Assembly (NCBI GenBank): GCA_963776275.1
Contig: CAVZMI010000021.1
Location: 256,001 to 320,000 of the forward strand
DNA from: Ignavibacteriota bacterium
GTDB lineage: Bacteria > Bacteroidota > Ignavibacteria > UBA10030 > CAVZMI01
Length of the DNA stretch: 64,000 nt
Direction of reading: 5' to 3'
This document shows, one piece after another, positions 11,543 to 21,086 of the stretch. Every line of letters starts with the position of its first letter. Within the stretch, counting starts at the first letter, position 1. The notes under the pieces were generated by a model. The model ran no database searches, was not told the DNA's origin, and saw nothing but the letters and a program-made list of their open reading frames with translations. The translations under genes and the position numbers were made by a program.

Positions 11543-12376
11543 TTATACACCCGAATAGGCCGAGAATCCGCCATCAACCGGTAACACGATTCCCGTGACG
11601 AACTGTGAAGCCGGCGACAGGAGCCACAACATGGCGCCCAACAAATCCTCCGGTGTGCCGAAGCGTGCCATCGGTGTGTGATCTAGAATTTTTTTACCGC
11701 GGGCCGTCAATTCGCCTGTTACTTTGTCGGTCAAGAGAAACCGGTTTTGCTCGGTCAGGAAAAAACCCGGAGCAATTGCATTCACACGGATGTTCGGCGA
11801 ATATTCCTGCGCCATATGAACAGCCAGCCATTGCGTGAAGTTACTCACAGCTGCCTTCGCTGCCGAGTATGCCGGTATGCGGGTCAATGGACGGAAAGCA
11901 TTCATCGATGAGATATTCAGAATAACTCCTTCTTTTTGCTCCGCCATTTTCTTCCCGAATATCTGACTCGGTAGAATAGCACCGATCAAGTTCAAATTCG
12001 AGACAAACTGCAGAGCTTCGACCGGAATGTCGAAGAAGCTTTGATCTGCATTCGTTGTCGCTTTAGTATTATTCCCCCCTGCACCATTGATGAGGTAATC
12101 AATCCGTCCATATGTCGAAAATACTATGTTCGCCGCCTCCTGGACTTTCACTCTATCGAGCACATCGATGAAGAGAACAAGGTGTTTTCCTTTCGTCACG
12201 CCGAACGATTGAAGCACTTTCTCACCGAGCGTGATATCGCGGTCGAGTATGACGACATTTGCATTGCATCCAGCAAGAGCTTTTGCCATTTCGCCGCACA
12301 GCACACCGCCGCCGCCGGTGATTGCTACTGTTTTTCCTGTAAAATCAAACGCCTTGGTTACATCCTGTAAGTTCAT
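11543..12376 (-). CDS. uxuB: SDR-family D-mannonate oxidoreductase (fructuronate reductase)
   Basis: ITGGGGVLC, LINGAGGN, SSMNAFRPLTRIPAYSAAK, GGFSAYSGV typical of SDR-type UxuB. Confidence 0.88.
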   Translation of the reverse strand: MNLQDVTKAFDFTGKTVAITGGGGVLCGEMAKALAGCNANVVILDRDITLGEKVLQSFGVTKGKHLVLFIDVLDRVKVQEAANIVFSTYGRIDYLINGAGGNNTKATTNADQSFFDIPVEALQFVSNLNLIGAILPSQIFGKKMAEQKEGVILNISSMNAFRPLTRIPAYSAAKAAVSNFTQWLAVHMAQEYSPNIRVNAIAPGFFLTEQNRFLLTDKVTGELTARGKKILDHTPMARFGTPEDLLGAMLWLLSPASQFVTGIVLPVDGGFSAYSGV

Positions 12377-12395
12377 ATTAATCCTCGCTTTGAAA

Positions 12396-13712
12396 TTACA
12401 ATTCAACTCGCTTCATTTTCGGCGCTAATGCATTGAAGATCACCCATGTAATTATATATATTGATCCGCAAAAAACAAACAATATATAATAGCCAGTATC
12501 GATGGAGCCCGCCTCCTTATAATAGTCAAGCAGCATTCCTGCAATTTTAGAAATCAATATACCTCCAATACCACCCGCCATACCTCCAATGCCTGTTACC
12601 GAAGCAACTGCTTTCTTTGGAAACATATCTGATGTTGTCGTAAGAAGATTTGCTGCCCATGCTTGATGAGCTGACGCTGCAAGTCCTACAATAAGGATCG
12701 CATACCAGTGATTATATTGTCCCAATGCTTGAGCAGCAATCACCGGCAGCACACACAATGCAAAAATGAGCATAGCGATTTTGCGTGCCTTAAATACCTC
12801 TAATCCTTTCTTAATCAAGTTGCTTGAGAGCCAACCGCCAAAAATACTGCCAAAGGTTGTCATCGTATATACGACGGCAATCGGAAGAGCAAGATCTGTT
12901 TTCGAAATACCGTATTGCTTATTAAGAAATGAAGGCAGCCAGAACAAATAGAACCACCAGGGCGGATCTGTTAAAAATTTACCCATAATAAATGCCCAAG
13001 TTTGACGAAATGTCAACAATTTGAACCAACTGACTTTTTCGTTTTGTTTTTCTTTTGTTTCGGTCTCATCTATATCGCTGTGGATGTATGTATATTCCTC
13101 TTTACTTAATCTGTGATGTTTGCTTGGAATTTCATATATAGCAAGCCAGAAAAACAGCCACAGAAGGCCAACGGTACCGGTAAGAATAAATGCCCATTGC
13201 CAACCCCACCAGAAGGCAATCAGAGGGACTGTTAGCGGTGCAATGATTGCACCCACGTTTGTTCCAGAATTAAAAATCCCGGTTGCTAATGCTCTTTCCT
13301 TTTTAGGGAACCATTCTGCAACTGTTTTAATTGCCGCGGGGAAATTACCCGACTCACTAATTCCGAGTACACCACGAGCAAATATAAATCCGAATGTACT
13401 CCTGGCAAAGGCATGGCCAATAGCTGCAAGACTCCATATTAATAGCGATAAAGCATATCCTATTTTTGTACCAACTTTATCAATAACCCAACCTACACCA
13501 AGCATCCCAAGCGCATACGATAGCTGAAAAGCGACAACAATGTTAGCATAGTCTGATTCCGACCATTTGAATAAAGGTTCAAGATAGTCATCCTTTAAAA
13601 GACTGATGACCTGGCGATCCAGGTAGTTTACTGTTGTAGCAAAAAAGAGAAGCGCTAAAATAATCCACCGATATTCCCCGATTTTAACTTTTTTCCTATT
13701 TAAATCCGTCAT
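12396..13712 (-). CDS. exuT: MFS hexuronate transporter, paralog 2
   Basis: YRW..LLFFATT.NYLDRQ, ESGNFPAAIKTVAEWFP, FLTDP.WWFYLFWLP. Confidence 0.9.
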   Translation of the reverse strand: MTDLNRKKVKIGEYRWIILALLFFATTVNYLDRQVISLLKDDYLEPLFKWSESDYANIVVAFQLSYALGMLGVGWVIDKVGTKIGYALSLLIWSLAAIGHAFARSTFGFIFARGVLGISESGNFPAAIKTVAEWFPKKERALATGIFNSGTNVGAIIAPLTVPLIAFWWGWQWAFILTGTVGLLWLFFWLAIYEIPSKHHRLSKEEYTYIHSDIDETETKEKQNEKVSWFKLLTFRQTWAFIMGKFLTDPPWWFYLFWLPSFLNKQYGISKTDLALPIAVVYTMTTFGSIFGGWLSSNLIKKGLEVFKARKIAMLIFALCVLPVIAAQALGQYNHWYAILIVGLAASAHQAWAANLLTTTSDMFPKKAVASVTGIGGMAGGIGGILISKIAGMLLDYYKEAGSIDTGYYILFVFCGSIYIITWVIFNALAPKMKRVEL

Positions 13713-13766
13713 TATATTCTATCCATTTTATGCAAGAAGATGTTTCTATTTAAAATCGAAGTACTG

Positions 13767-15038
13767 CTATAGTTCCATTAGCTCGAGTCTTGGAGCTAAT
13801 CGTATGAAAATTAAATATGCAAGGATGTACATTGAGCCGCAGATAATAAACAGAATAAGATAACTTCCTGTAAATTCTAGAACAAATCCTGCGATCGTAG
13901 CAATCAACATTCCTCCAATGGCTCCTGCCATACCACCAATGCCCACAATGGATCCGATTGCTTTTCGCGGAAACATATCCGATGTGGTCGTAAAGAGATT
14001 CGCAGACCATCCCTGGTGTGCCGCAGTTGCCAGACTTAGTAATGCTACAGCCATCCACAATTTAGATGCCTCTGAAGCAAAGACAATTGGCATTACAGAA
14101 ATCGCACAAATAAGCATCGCCGTTTTTCGACCTTTATTGACACTCCAACCTCGTTTAATTAAGAACGATGAAAGCCATCCCCCACCGACACTGCCTACAT
14201 CTGCCATCACATAAATCACGATAAGTGGCAATCCAATTTTGTCTAAAGTTAATCCATAGCTTTTATTGAGATACTTCGGCACCCAATAGAGATAGAACCA
14301 CCAGATCGGATCCGTCATAAATTTTGCAATCGCGAAAGCCCAGACTTGCCGGTGTCTCAGCAATCTCGACCAAGGGATCTTTTCTTGTTGATCGGGTGGA
14401 TCACTTTGTATATATGCTCGTTCCTCTGCTTTAAGCCGCTTATGTTGTTCAGGCCTTTCATAGAGCAACACCCAGAACACGATCCACATGAATCCGATGG
14501 AACCTGTAACAATGAAGGCCATCTGCCATCCATACGTAAGGGTGATCCAGGGAACGACTAAAGGAGCGGCTACAGCACCCACATTTGAACCGGCGTTGAA
14601 TATACCTGTTGCCAATGCACGTTCTTTCCTGGGAAACCATTCGGCTACAGTCTTTATTGCGGCTGGGAAATTACCCGATTCGCCTAGCCCCAACGAGAAA
14701 CGCGCCATAGCAAATCCAACCACTGAAGATGCAAAGGAATGCGCCATAGCAGCAAAACTCCAGACTGCCATGGCTATGGAATATCCAATTTTTGTTCCAA
14801 GCTTGTCCATAAGCCGCCCCACAACAAACATACCTAAGGCGTATGCTGCTTGAAATGCAGTTACAATATTGCCATACTCAATCTCGTTCCAACCTATTGC
14901 CTTCTGCAGATCCGGAGCTAGAATACCCAGTACTTGCCGATCGATGTAGTTGATTGTGGTAGCAAAAAACAGCAGCGCACAAATTGTCCAGCGATAGTTG
15001 CCTACTTTCACTTTTACTTCATTCGTTTCTGGCACCAT
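13767..15038 (-). CDS. exuT: MFS hexuronate transporter, paralog 1
   Basis: Same ExuT motifs (NYIDRQ, AEWFPRKERALATGIFN, AAHQGWSAN). Confidence 0.9.
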   Translation of the reverse strand: MVPETNEVKVKVGNYRWTICALLFFATTINYIDRQVLGILAPDLQKAIGWNEIEYGNIVTAFQAAYALGMFVVGRLMDKLGTKIGYSIAMAVWSFAAMAHSFASSVVGFAMARFSLGLGESGNFPAAIKTVAEWFPRKERALATGIFNAGSNVGAVAAPLVVPWITLTYGWQMAFIVTGSIGFMWIVFWVLLYERPEQHKRLKAEERAYIQSDPPDQQEKIPWSRLLRHRQVWAFAIAKFMTDPIWWFYLYWVPKYLNKSYGLTLDKIGLPLIVIYVMADVGSVGGGWLSSFLIKRGWSVNKGRKTAMLICAISVMPIVFASEASKLWMAVALLSLATAAHQGWSANLFTTTSDMFPRKAIGSIVGIGGMAGAIGGMLIATIAGFVLEFTGSYLILFIICGSMYILAYLIFIRLAPRLELMEL

Positions 15039-15216
15039 TGAGTCCTTTTAATAAATCGTTATATCTGTTGCCTATGAATATCCATTACTGATTAACCGTA
15101 TCGTATAACAGGGACGCAAGTTCAATGCGATTAGTGTTGTTTCAAGAGTAACCGATCCGTCTCCCCCATAATCCCCGATAGTGTTAAATACTCTTTCCCA
15201 TTACGTATTTCATTGG

Positions 15217-16627
15217 CTACTTAAAATCAAAAAACCTCTTTGCATTGTAGTAGCAGATATCCTGAACAATGCCGCCGATAAGTTTCATGTCGTTTGGAAT
15301 CAGACCTTTTTCAATTTCGTTCCCCAAGATGTTGCACAATAACCTCCGGAAGTATTCGTGCCGGGGAAATGAAAGAAAGCTTCGTGAATCTGTCAGCATT
15401 CCCACAAATTGACTCAGAATTCCCAGGTTGGAGAGAGCCTCGATTTGCTTTTTTATGCCGTCGAGCTGGTCCAGGAACCACCAGCTCGAACCGTATTGCA
15501 GCTTGCCCGGGATGCTGCCGTCCTGAAAATTCCCGATCATTGTCGCTATCAACTCATTATCGCGAGGATTGAGATTATATATAATCGTTTTGGCCAGCCG
15601 TCTCTGTGAATCGAGCCTGTCAAGCAATTTTGCCAGTGGTCGTGCAATCTCAAAATCGCCGATCGAATCGAAACCGGTGTCAGACCCAGCTCCGGCATCA
15701 TTCGCGAATTGTTGTTACGAAGGGCACCGAGATGAAACTGCTGCACCCATCCTTTCTCATAATCCATCACTCCGAATTCAAATAACATGGCTGACTTGAA
15801 TTTCAATATATCTTTTATATCCAGGCTTTTCCGTTTTTTTAATCTTCTAAAAATATACTTGATCTCCGATTCTGTATAGTCTTCTGCATATGCTGTTTCT
15901 ATTCCATGATCAGACAAACGGCAGCCGTGTGCGTGGAAATAATCGTGCCTCTGACGAATGGCCGAGATGAATGTGTCAAAATCTTTGATATCAATTCCCG
16001 ATACATTTTGCAGTATTTGAAGATAGGAAAGAAAGGTATCTACGTTCTCAACCGCCATCGCTTTATCTGCACGAAATGCTGGTATCATCTGAGTAAATCT
16101 GTTTTTACTTTTCGCATATACTTCGTGATATTCGAGCGAATCTGCCGGATCATCGGTTGTACAGACAACCTCCACATTCATTCTCTTAAGAATTCCCTGT
16201 GTGGAAAATCCCGGCATCGCCAGTTTTTTATTGCATGTATTCCAAATGACCTTTGCCGTCTTTTCATTCAGGAGTATATTTGTTATTCCGAAAGGACGCC
16301 GTAGTTCCAGATGAGTCCAGTGGAAAAGCGGATTACGAATTGTTTTCGGCACTGTACGCGCCCACATTTCGAATTTTTCCCAGTCGCTTGCATTGCCCGT
16401 TATAAAACGCTCATCGATGCCGCAGTGCGCATCGCCCGCCATTTGTAATGATCTCCGTACAACCAGATCTGCGTCAGGTTGGCGAACTGCCTGTTCTCGG
16501 CAATTTCCTTTGGTGAAAGATGGCAGTGATAATCGATGATCGGCAAAAATTCTGCATATTCATGATAGAGCCTGGATGCGGTTTTTGTTTCAAGTAAAAA
16601 GTCTTCGTGGATGAATTTCTTTTTCAT
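15217..16627 (-). CDS. uxaC: Uronate isomerase (frame breaks near 16421 and 15684)
   Basis: [38 protein letters not shown](P)[35 protein letters not shown] across three ORF pieces. Confidence 0.93.
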
Positions 16628-16723
16628 TTTCTCTCCTTCAATGGAAGTTCATTCATCGAATACCGTTTGCATTATTAAACATCTCTTTTTCAACCCTCAT
16701 CGCGGTTCTATCCAATAATCTGT

Positions 16724-17966
16724 TTATTTTTCAATAGCCAGCGTTATATTCAAGGGAGATCCGACTCGTTGTGAAAATTCTTTCAGATAATTATTCCAAT
16801 CTTCGGAATTGTTGAAGTCGCCGCTGCGCGTCCAGCCGGCTCCTGCATAATATGTTGCGGTCTTACCCGGCTCAACAGCACCGAGGATCAGCATGTGTAC
16901 ATTGTCTTCCTTGATGCCGCTAAATGTCTCCTTCGTCATCACGATACCGGTGCCGAGCGAACCATTCTCGATTTTCTCGTCGGTCTGTCCCCAAAGGCTT
17001 ATCCAGTGATTCTCTTTATCCGTGTAACCCATGACGCCTTTTCGTTTTACAATGCCGGCTGTAAACGGGAGCACACCTTGTAAGGAATCACACCGGTAGG
17101 TTACTTCGATCTTACTAAGGTTGGTTCCTGCGTTAAGTGTGATACGCTTGACCTCCGAAATATTTTTTCCATCAAAGTGGACCGGTTTATATACTACCTC
17201 GAACATTGCCCGGATTGGACCCGTTGCAAGAATTTTATACGTCACAAATACACCCGGCTGATAGAGAGAATCATCTTTATAGAGCGCGCAGCTTCCTGCA
17301 CCGAGTGATCCTCCGACGGCGAAGAAGTCGGCACCTTCACCGTGATCTTCATGATAAGAAATCCTGCTGCTGTCGGCTGCTTCATCGCCTCTGTACCATT
17401 TTTCGATTATGGGATAACGAACGCGCTTTGTCCAGACATCAATTCCATTATTTAGTTCCTTTGCAAACGCAGGTCCATAGATACGATGTGCAATCCGGTC
17501 ATTCTCCCATGCTATATCTTCGCGAGGAATCATAAAGCGCACGTCGGTGAGCGATTCGGCAGTCTTCGGCCCTTTGTTCCATGTTTCTATAATGAACTGC
17601 CTCGTTTCTTTAGCCTTGAAGTCGGAACAAAAAATCAACTCCTCCGGTGTACCGTCATGATCTTTATAAATTACCTGGGTGACGAGCTCGTTGTCTGTTT
17701 TTGCATCAATGACACGTGTCCGAGTGGGATCCAAAGTTGAGATTTTTTGCCTGAGATCGGTCCGACTGGAGAACGACCATTTCGCTTGAACGGTTCAGAT
17801 TCAATAAATTTGAGACTGTTACAAGGATCCGTGGATCTTTAGCAGAAGCGTAATCGATGATTACACAGATGAACAGTATTAATGCGGTTATTTTCTTCGT
17901 CCGGATGAAAAAAGCCGAGATAACAGCCGTAGCTGCCTTTTTTTTAGAATATATTGCTTCTTTCAT
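16724..17966 (-). CDS. DUF4861-family exported protein associated with pectin loci (frame break near 17764)
   Basis: DIAWENDRIAHRIYGP, GIDVWTKR, YHEDHGEGADFF, YYAGAGW; signal peptide in ORF 17706-17966. Confidence 0.8.
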
Positions 17967-17977
17967 TCCTTTTCCTT

Positions 17978-18811
17978 CTAATGTAAATCACTCATCGAGA
18001 CGCCATCCATATCATCAAATACCTGATTTTCGCCGCCCATCGCCCAGATGAAGCTGTAATTGCATGTTCCGACTCCGGAGTGGATTGACCAGCTCGGATT
18101 CAGTACCGCCTGTTCATTGCGCATTACCAGGTGACGTGTTTCACCCGGCTGTCCCATAAGATGGAGTACTATTCCACCGGGAGGCATATTATAGTACATA
18201 TATACTTCTGAACGTCTCTGATGCGTGTGTGACGGCATTGTGTTCCAGACACTGCCTTCCTCCAATTCCGTCAATCCCATGACTAACTGACAGCTTTGAA
18301 TGCCATTTGCAAGAATTAATCTGTTGATGGTTCGTTTGTTTGCGTCATGCTGGCTTCCAAGTTTCAATTGATCTGCATCGGCAAAGCGGGCATGAGTCGT
18401 CGGATATTCTTTATGAGCAGGATAACTGACAAAATAATACTTAGCAGGTTTCGCCGCATTTTTACTTCTGAACTCAATATCCTTTGTACCGCGTCCGATA
18501 TAGAGTGCGTCTTTGTTCGACATTGTGAGGATTTTACTATCGACACCGATGGTTCCTTCATCTCCTATATTGATGATGCCAATCTCGCGCCTTTCGGCAA
18601 AAAAATCTGCCGCCATTTCTTTCTTTGTCGCCATCAATTTCAGAGTCTTTTCTACCGGCACGGCAGATCCTGTGATTGACCGATCTACGTCGGAGTATGT
18701 CATATGAATATCATCAATCGCGAACAGATTATCAATGAGAAACATTCTCCGAAGCGCCTCTGTCGTCATTGTTTTGAATCCTTCCGGATCAGTACCGAAC
18801 CTTATATTCAT
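17978..18811 (-). CDS. kduI: 5-dehydro-4-deoxy-D-glucuronate isomerase
   Basis: RREIGIINIG, CQLVMGLT, WNTMPSHTHQRRSEVY, SWSIHSG, WAMGGEN. Confidence 0.96.
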   Translation of the reverse strand: MNIRFGTDPEGFKTMTTEALRRMFLIDNLFAIDDIHMTYSDVDRSITGSAVPVEKTLKLMATKKEMAADFFAERREIGIINIGDEGTIGVDSKILTMSNKDALYIGRGTKDIEFRSKNAAKPAKYYFVSYPAHKEYPTTHARFADADQLKLGSQHDANKRTINRLILANGIQSCQLVMGLTELEEGSVWNTMPSHTHQRRSEVYMYYNMPPGGIVLHLMGQPGETRHLVMRNEQAVLNPSWSIHSGVGTCNYSFIWAMGGENQVFDDMDGVSMSDLH

Positions 18812-18882
18812 CCTTCGATCCTTTCTTCTAATCTTTCTATCAACAATTCATAATTTGATGCTTTAGATTTCCACATTTGTTA

Positions 18883-19842
18883 TCAAACCTGTACAAGATG
18901 AATAGCAAATCCACCGATTTCGAGATCGAGATACACGGTGGAAAGTTTTCCGTTCTTTTCGCTCTTTGTTTCCGGCTTGATTCCGATTCCCTTCAGTGAC
19001 AGATAGGCAATTGCGCGCTCAATAAAATTGGTGGTAATAGCGATATGACCGTGAGTACCGAGATAATGCCGCTTCAGTACTTCAAACTGAGTTCCAACGA
19101 AGATCGAACCGTTTGTGTCCTGAGGTACGATCTGAAATATCTTTTCTATCTGGTGCGCAATGTTCAGCGCTTCATCGGGAGAAGGCGAGTTCATCCCGAT
19201 ATGTCTGAGTTCGAATCCCAGTATTGTAGTGACTGCCTGCCGCGATAGAGCCGCGATCTTTTCAAACTGACCTGCTTCGATCATCTCAGGATTCACCATC
19301 CAGCTTCCGGCGCATGCAAGGACTCCTGGGAATCGAAGATAGGAGAGGAGCATCGACTGGTCAATGCCGCCGGTGGGAATAAACTGCAGATTCCTGAATG
19401 GCGCTGCAATTGCTTTCAGGTACTGCAGACCACCGCACGCTTCTGCCGGGAAAAATTTTACAGCATCGAGACCATATTCAAGCGCATTCTGAATCTCTGT
19501 CGGGGTTGCAACGCCGGGTAAAACAGGAATTGCATTGGATATACAATACTCGACGACTTTCGGGTTAAATCCCGGCGACACAATGAAACGTGCCCCGGCA
19601 TCGATCGCTGTCCGAACCTGATCAATCGAGATAATGGTCCCTGCACCAACAAGCATCTGCGGCGAATTTGCCGTAATCCGTTCGATCACACGTGCAGCGG
19701 CCTGAGTCCGGAATGTAACTTCAAAAGAGGTCAACCCGCACTCAAGCAGTGTCTGTCCAAGCATCGCTGCTTTCTTTTCATCTTCGACGATTGCGACAGG
19801 AAGAATTCCCTGCAATCCAATCTTTTTCAGAATATCGTCCAT
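18883..19842 (-). CDS. eda: KDPG/KHG aldolase with ~110 aa C-terminal extension
   Basis: EVTFRT, VGAGT, FIVSPG, VKFFPAE, FIPTGGI; extra C-terminal domain (GFELRHIGMN...GHIAI.TN...GGFAIHLVQ). Confidence 0.92.
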   Translation of the reverse strand: MDDILKKIGLQGILPVAIVEDEKKAAMLGQTLLECGLTSFEVTFRTQAAARVIERITANSPQMLVGAGTIISIDQVRTAIDAGARFIVSPGFNPKVVEYCISNAIPVLPGVATPTEIQNALEYGLDAVKFFPAEACGGLQYLKAIAAPFRNLQFIPTGGIDQSMLLSYLRFPGVLACAGSWMVNPEMIEAGQFEKIAALSRQAVTTILGFELRHIGMNSPSPDEALNIAHQIEKIFQIVPQDTNGSIFVGTQFEVLKRHYLGTHGHIAITTNFIERAIAYLSLKGIGIKPETKSEKNGKLSTVYLDLEIGGFAIHLVQV

Positions 19843-19867
19843 TGAATTTTTATTTTTCAGTCATATA

Positions 19868-20620
19868 TCATCGTGCCATCCAGCCGCCATCGACAACGAG
19901 CACGTGGCCGTTCACATAATCGGAAGCCTGTGAGGCCAGGAATATGACCGCACCCTGCAAATCATCCGGAGTACCCCATCGACCTGCCGGAATACGATCA
20001 AGAATTGCTTTTGAACGAACGGCATCTTCTCGAAGCGCCTTCGTATTGTTCGTGGCCATATAACCGGGCGCAATTGCATTTATGTTAATGCCGTACTGGG
20101 CCCATTCGTTCGAGAGCGCTTTTGTAATCTGTGCAACTGCTCCTTTGCTTGCAGAATATGACGGCACTATGATGCCTCCTTGAAATGCCAGCAACGATGC
20201 GATATTAATTATTTTCCCGGATTTTCGTTTCATCATATCACGAGCAACTGCCTGGGAGAAGAAGAATACGGTTTTCGAATTGATCGCCATGACATCATCC
20301 CAGTCTTTCTCGGAAAAATCTATTGCCGGTGTCCGGCGGATTATACCTGCATTATTCACGAGGATATCCACTTTCCCGAACGTCCGGATTGTCTCATCAA
20401 CAATTGATTGAATTGGTTTGGTGGACATGAGATCAGCCTCGATGATAATGGTTTTCCGGCCAATTGCCTTGATTTCTTCGGCAGTTTCAGCACTGGAAAC
20501 GTAATCGACCAGAACGAGATCTACGCCGGCTTCGGCCAATCCCAGCGACATGCCTTTGCCAAGTCCCGTACTCGCACCGGTAACGATAGCCGTTTTACCT
20601 GAAAGATCAAACAGCTTCAT
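19868..20620 (-). CDS. kduD: 2-dehydro-3-deoxy-D-gluconate 5-dehydrogenase
   Basis: LVNNAGIIRR, FQGGI.VPSYSASK, RIPAGRWG, VDGGWMAR. Confidence 0.95.
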   Translation of the reverse strand: MKLFDLSGKTAIVTGASTGLGKGMSLGLAEAGVDLVLVDYVSSAETAEEIKAIGRKTIIIEADLMSTKPIQSIVDETIRTFGKVDILVNNAGIIRRTPAIDFSEKDWDDVMAINSKTVFFFSQAVARDMMKRKSGKIINIASLLAFQGGIIVPSYSASKGAVAQITKALSNEWAQYGININAIAPGYMATNNTKALREDAVRSKAILDRIPAGRWGTPDDLQGAVIFLASQASDYVNGHVLVVDGGWMAR

Positions 20621-20662
20621 AGTACTCCCTCTGTCTTTCTATCCGACTTCTTTATTACAAAA

Positions 20663-20701
20663 GAAGCATCCAGTCCACAAAAAATTGAAACTGGATGCTT
20701 C
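20663..20701 (-). terminator. Rho-independent terminator-like hairpin upstream of kduD
   Basis: 12-bp stem GAAGCATCCAGT/ACTGGATGCTTC followed on the minus strand by TTTTG. Confidence 0.6.
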
Positions 20702-20871
20702 GAATTGGATATTGATAAAAGTTCGAGATCCAATCAATCCTCTCGAAAAATTATAATATAGAAAAATAGTGCACAAATGTACAGGCTCTGTGAGTCCTGA
20801 CCGTCTCTCTCCTTTCGGAGGAGTGTCTCACTCAATCAAGCCATCATCATATTAACCTATTGAACCCTCGT

Positions 20872-21012
20872 GTGGAGTAGAGTAACAGCGCAGCGAGGTT
20901 AGGTCAAGCATAATCTGTTTTTGCCTCTTTCGGTTGGCAGTGCCTCAGTATCTCGACCGGGTCCTGTTTCCAACCATATGTCGATTTCTCGCTCCATGCA
21001 TTCAGAGCTTTT
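20872..21012 (-). mobile_element. Degenerate group II intron 3' fragment (eroded domain V plus long domain VI), no RT ORF
   Basis: Minus strand reads GCGAGAAATCGACATATGGTT-GGAAACAGGACCCGGTCGAGATACTGAGGCACTGCCAACCGAAAGAGGCAAAAACAGATTATGCTTGACCTAA...GCGC...CTCTACTCCAC, resembling bacterial group II intron ends with an extended DVI and terminal AC. Confidence 0.65.
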
Positions 21013-21017
21013 TCATG

Positions 21018-21059
21018 TCCGGGATATTGGAGGTGAGCGCCTCAACCTCCGCACCCGGA
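21018..21059 (-). terminator. GC-rich stem-loop downstream of the TBDR-T9SS protein pair
   Basis: TCCGGG...GGAGGT-GAG/CTC-ACCTCC...CCCGGA nested inverted repeat ~30 nt after the stop codon; no clear U-tract. Confidence 0.45.
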
Positions 21060-21086
21060 TAGAAAAGGAATAGCTTCCCTCGGCGC

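Noticed and set aside
21051-21055. GTGCG on the minus strand as the 5' end of a complete miniature group II intron
   Set aside because: Only ~180 nt from the 3' end, too short for DI-DIV, and it lies within a separate hairpin
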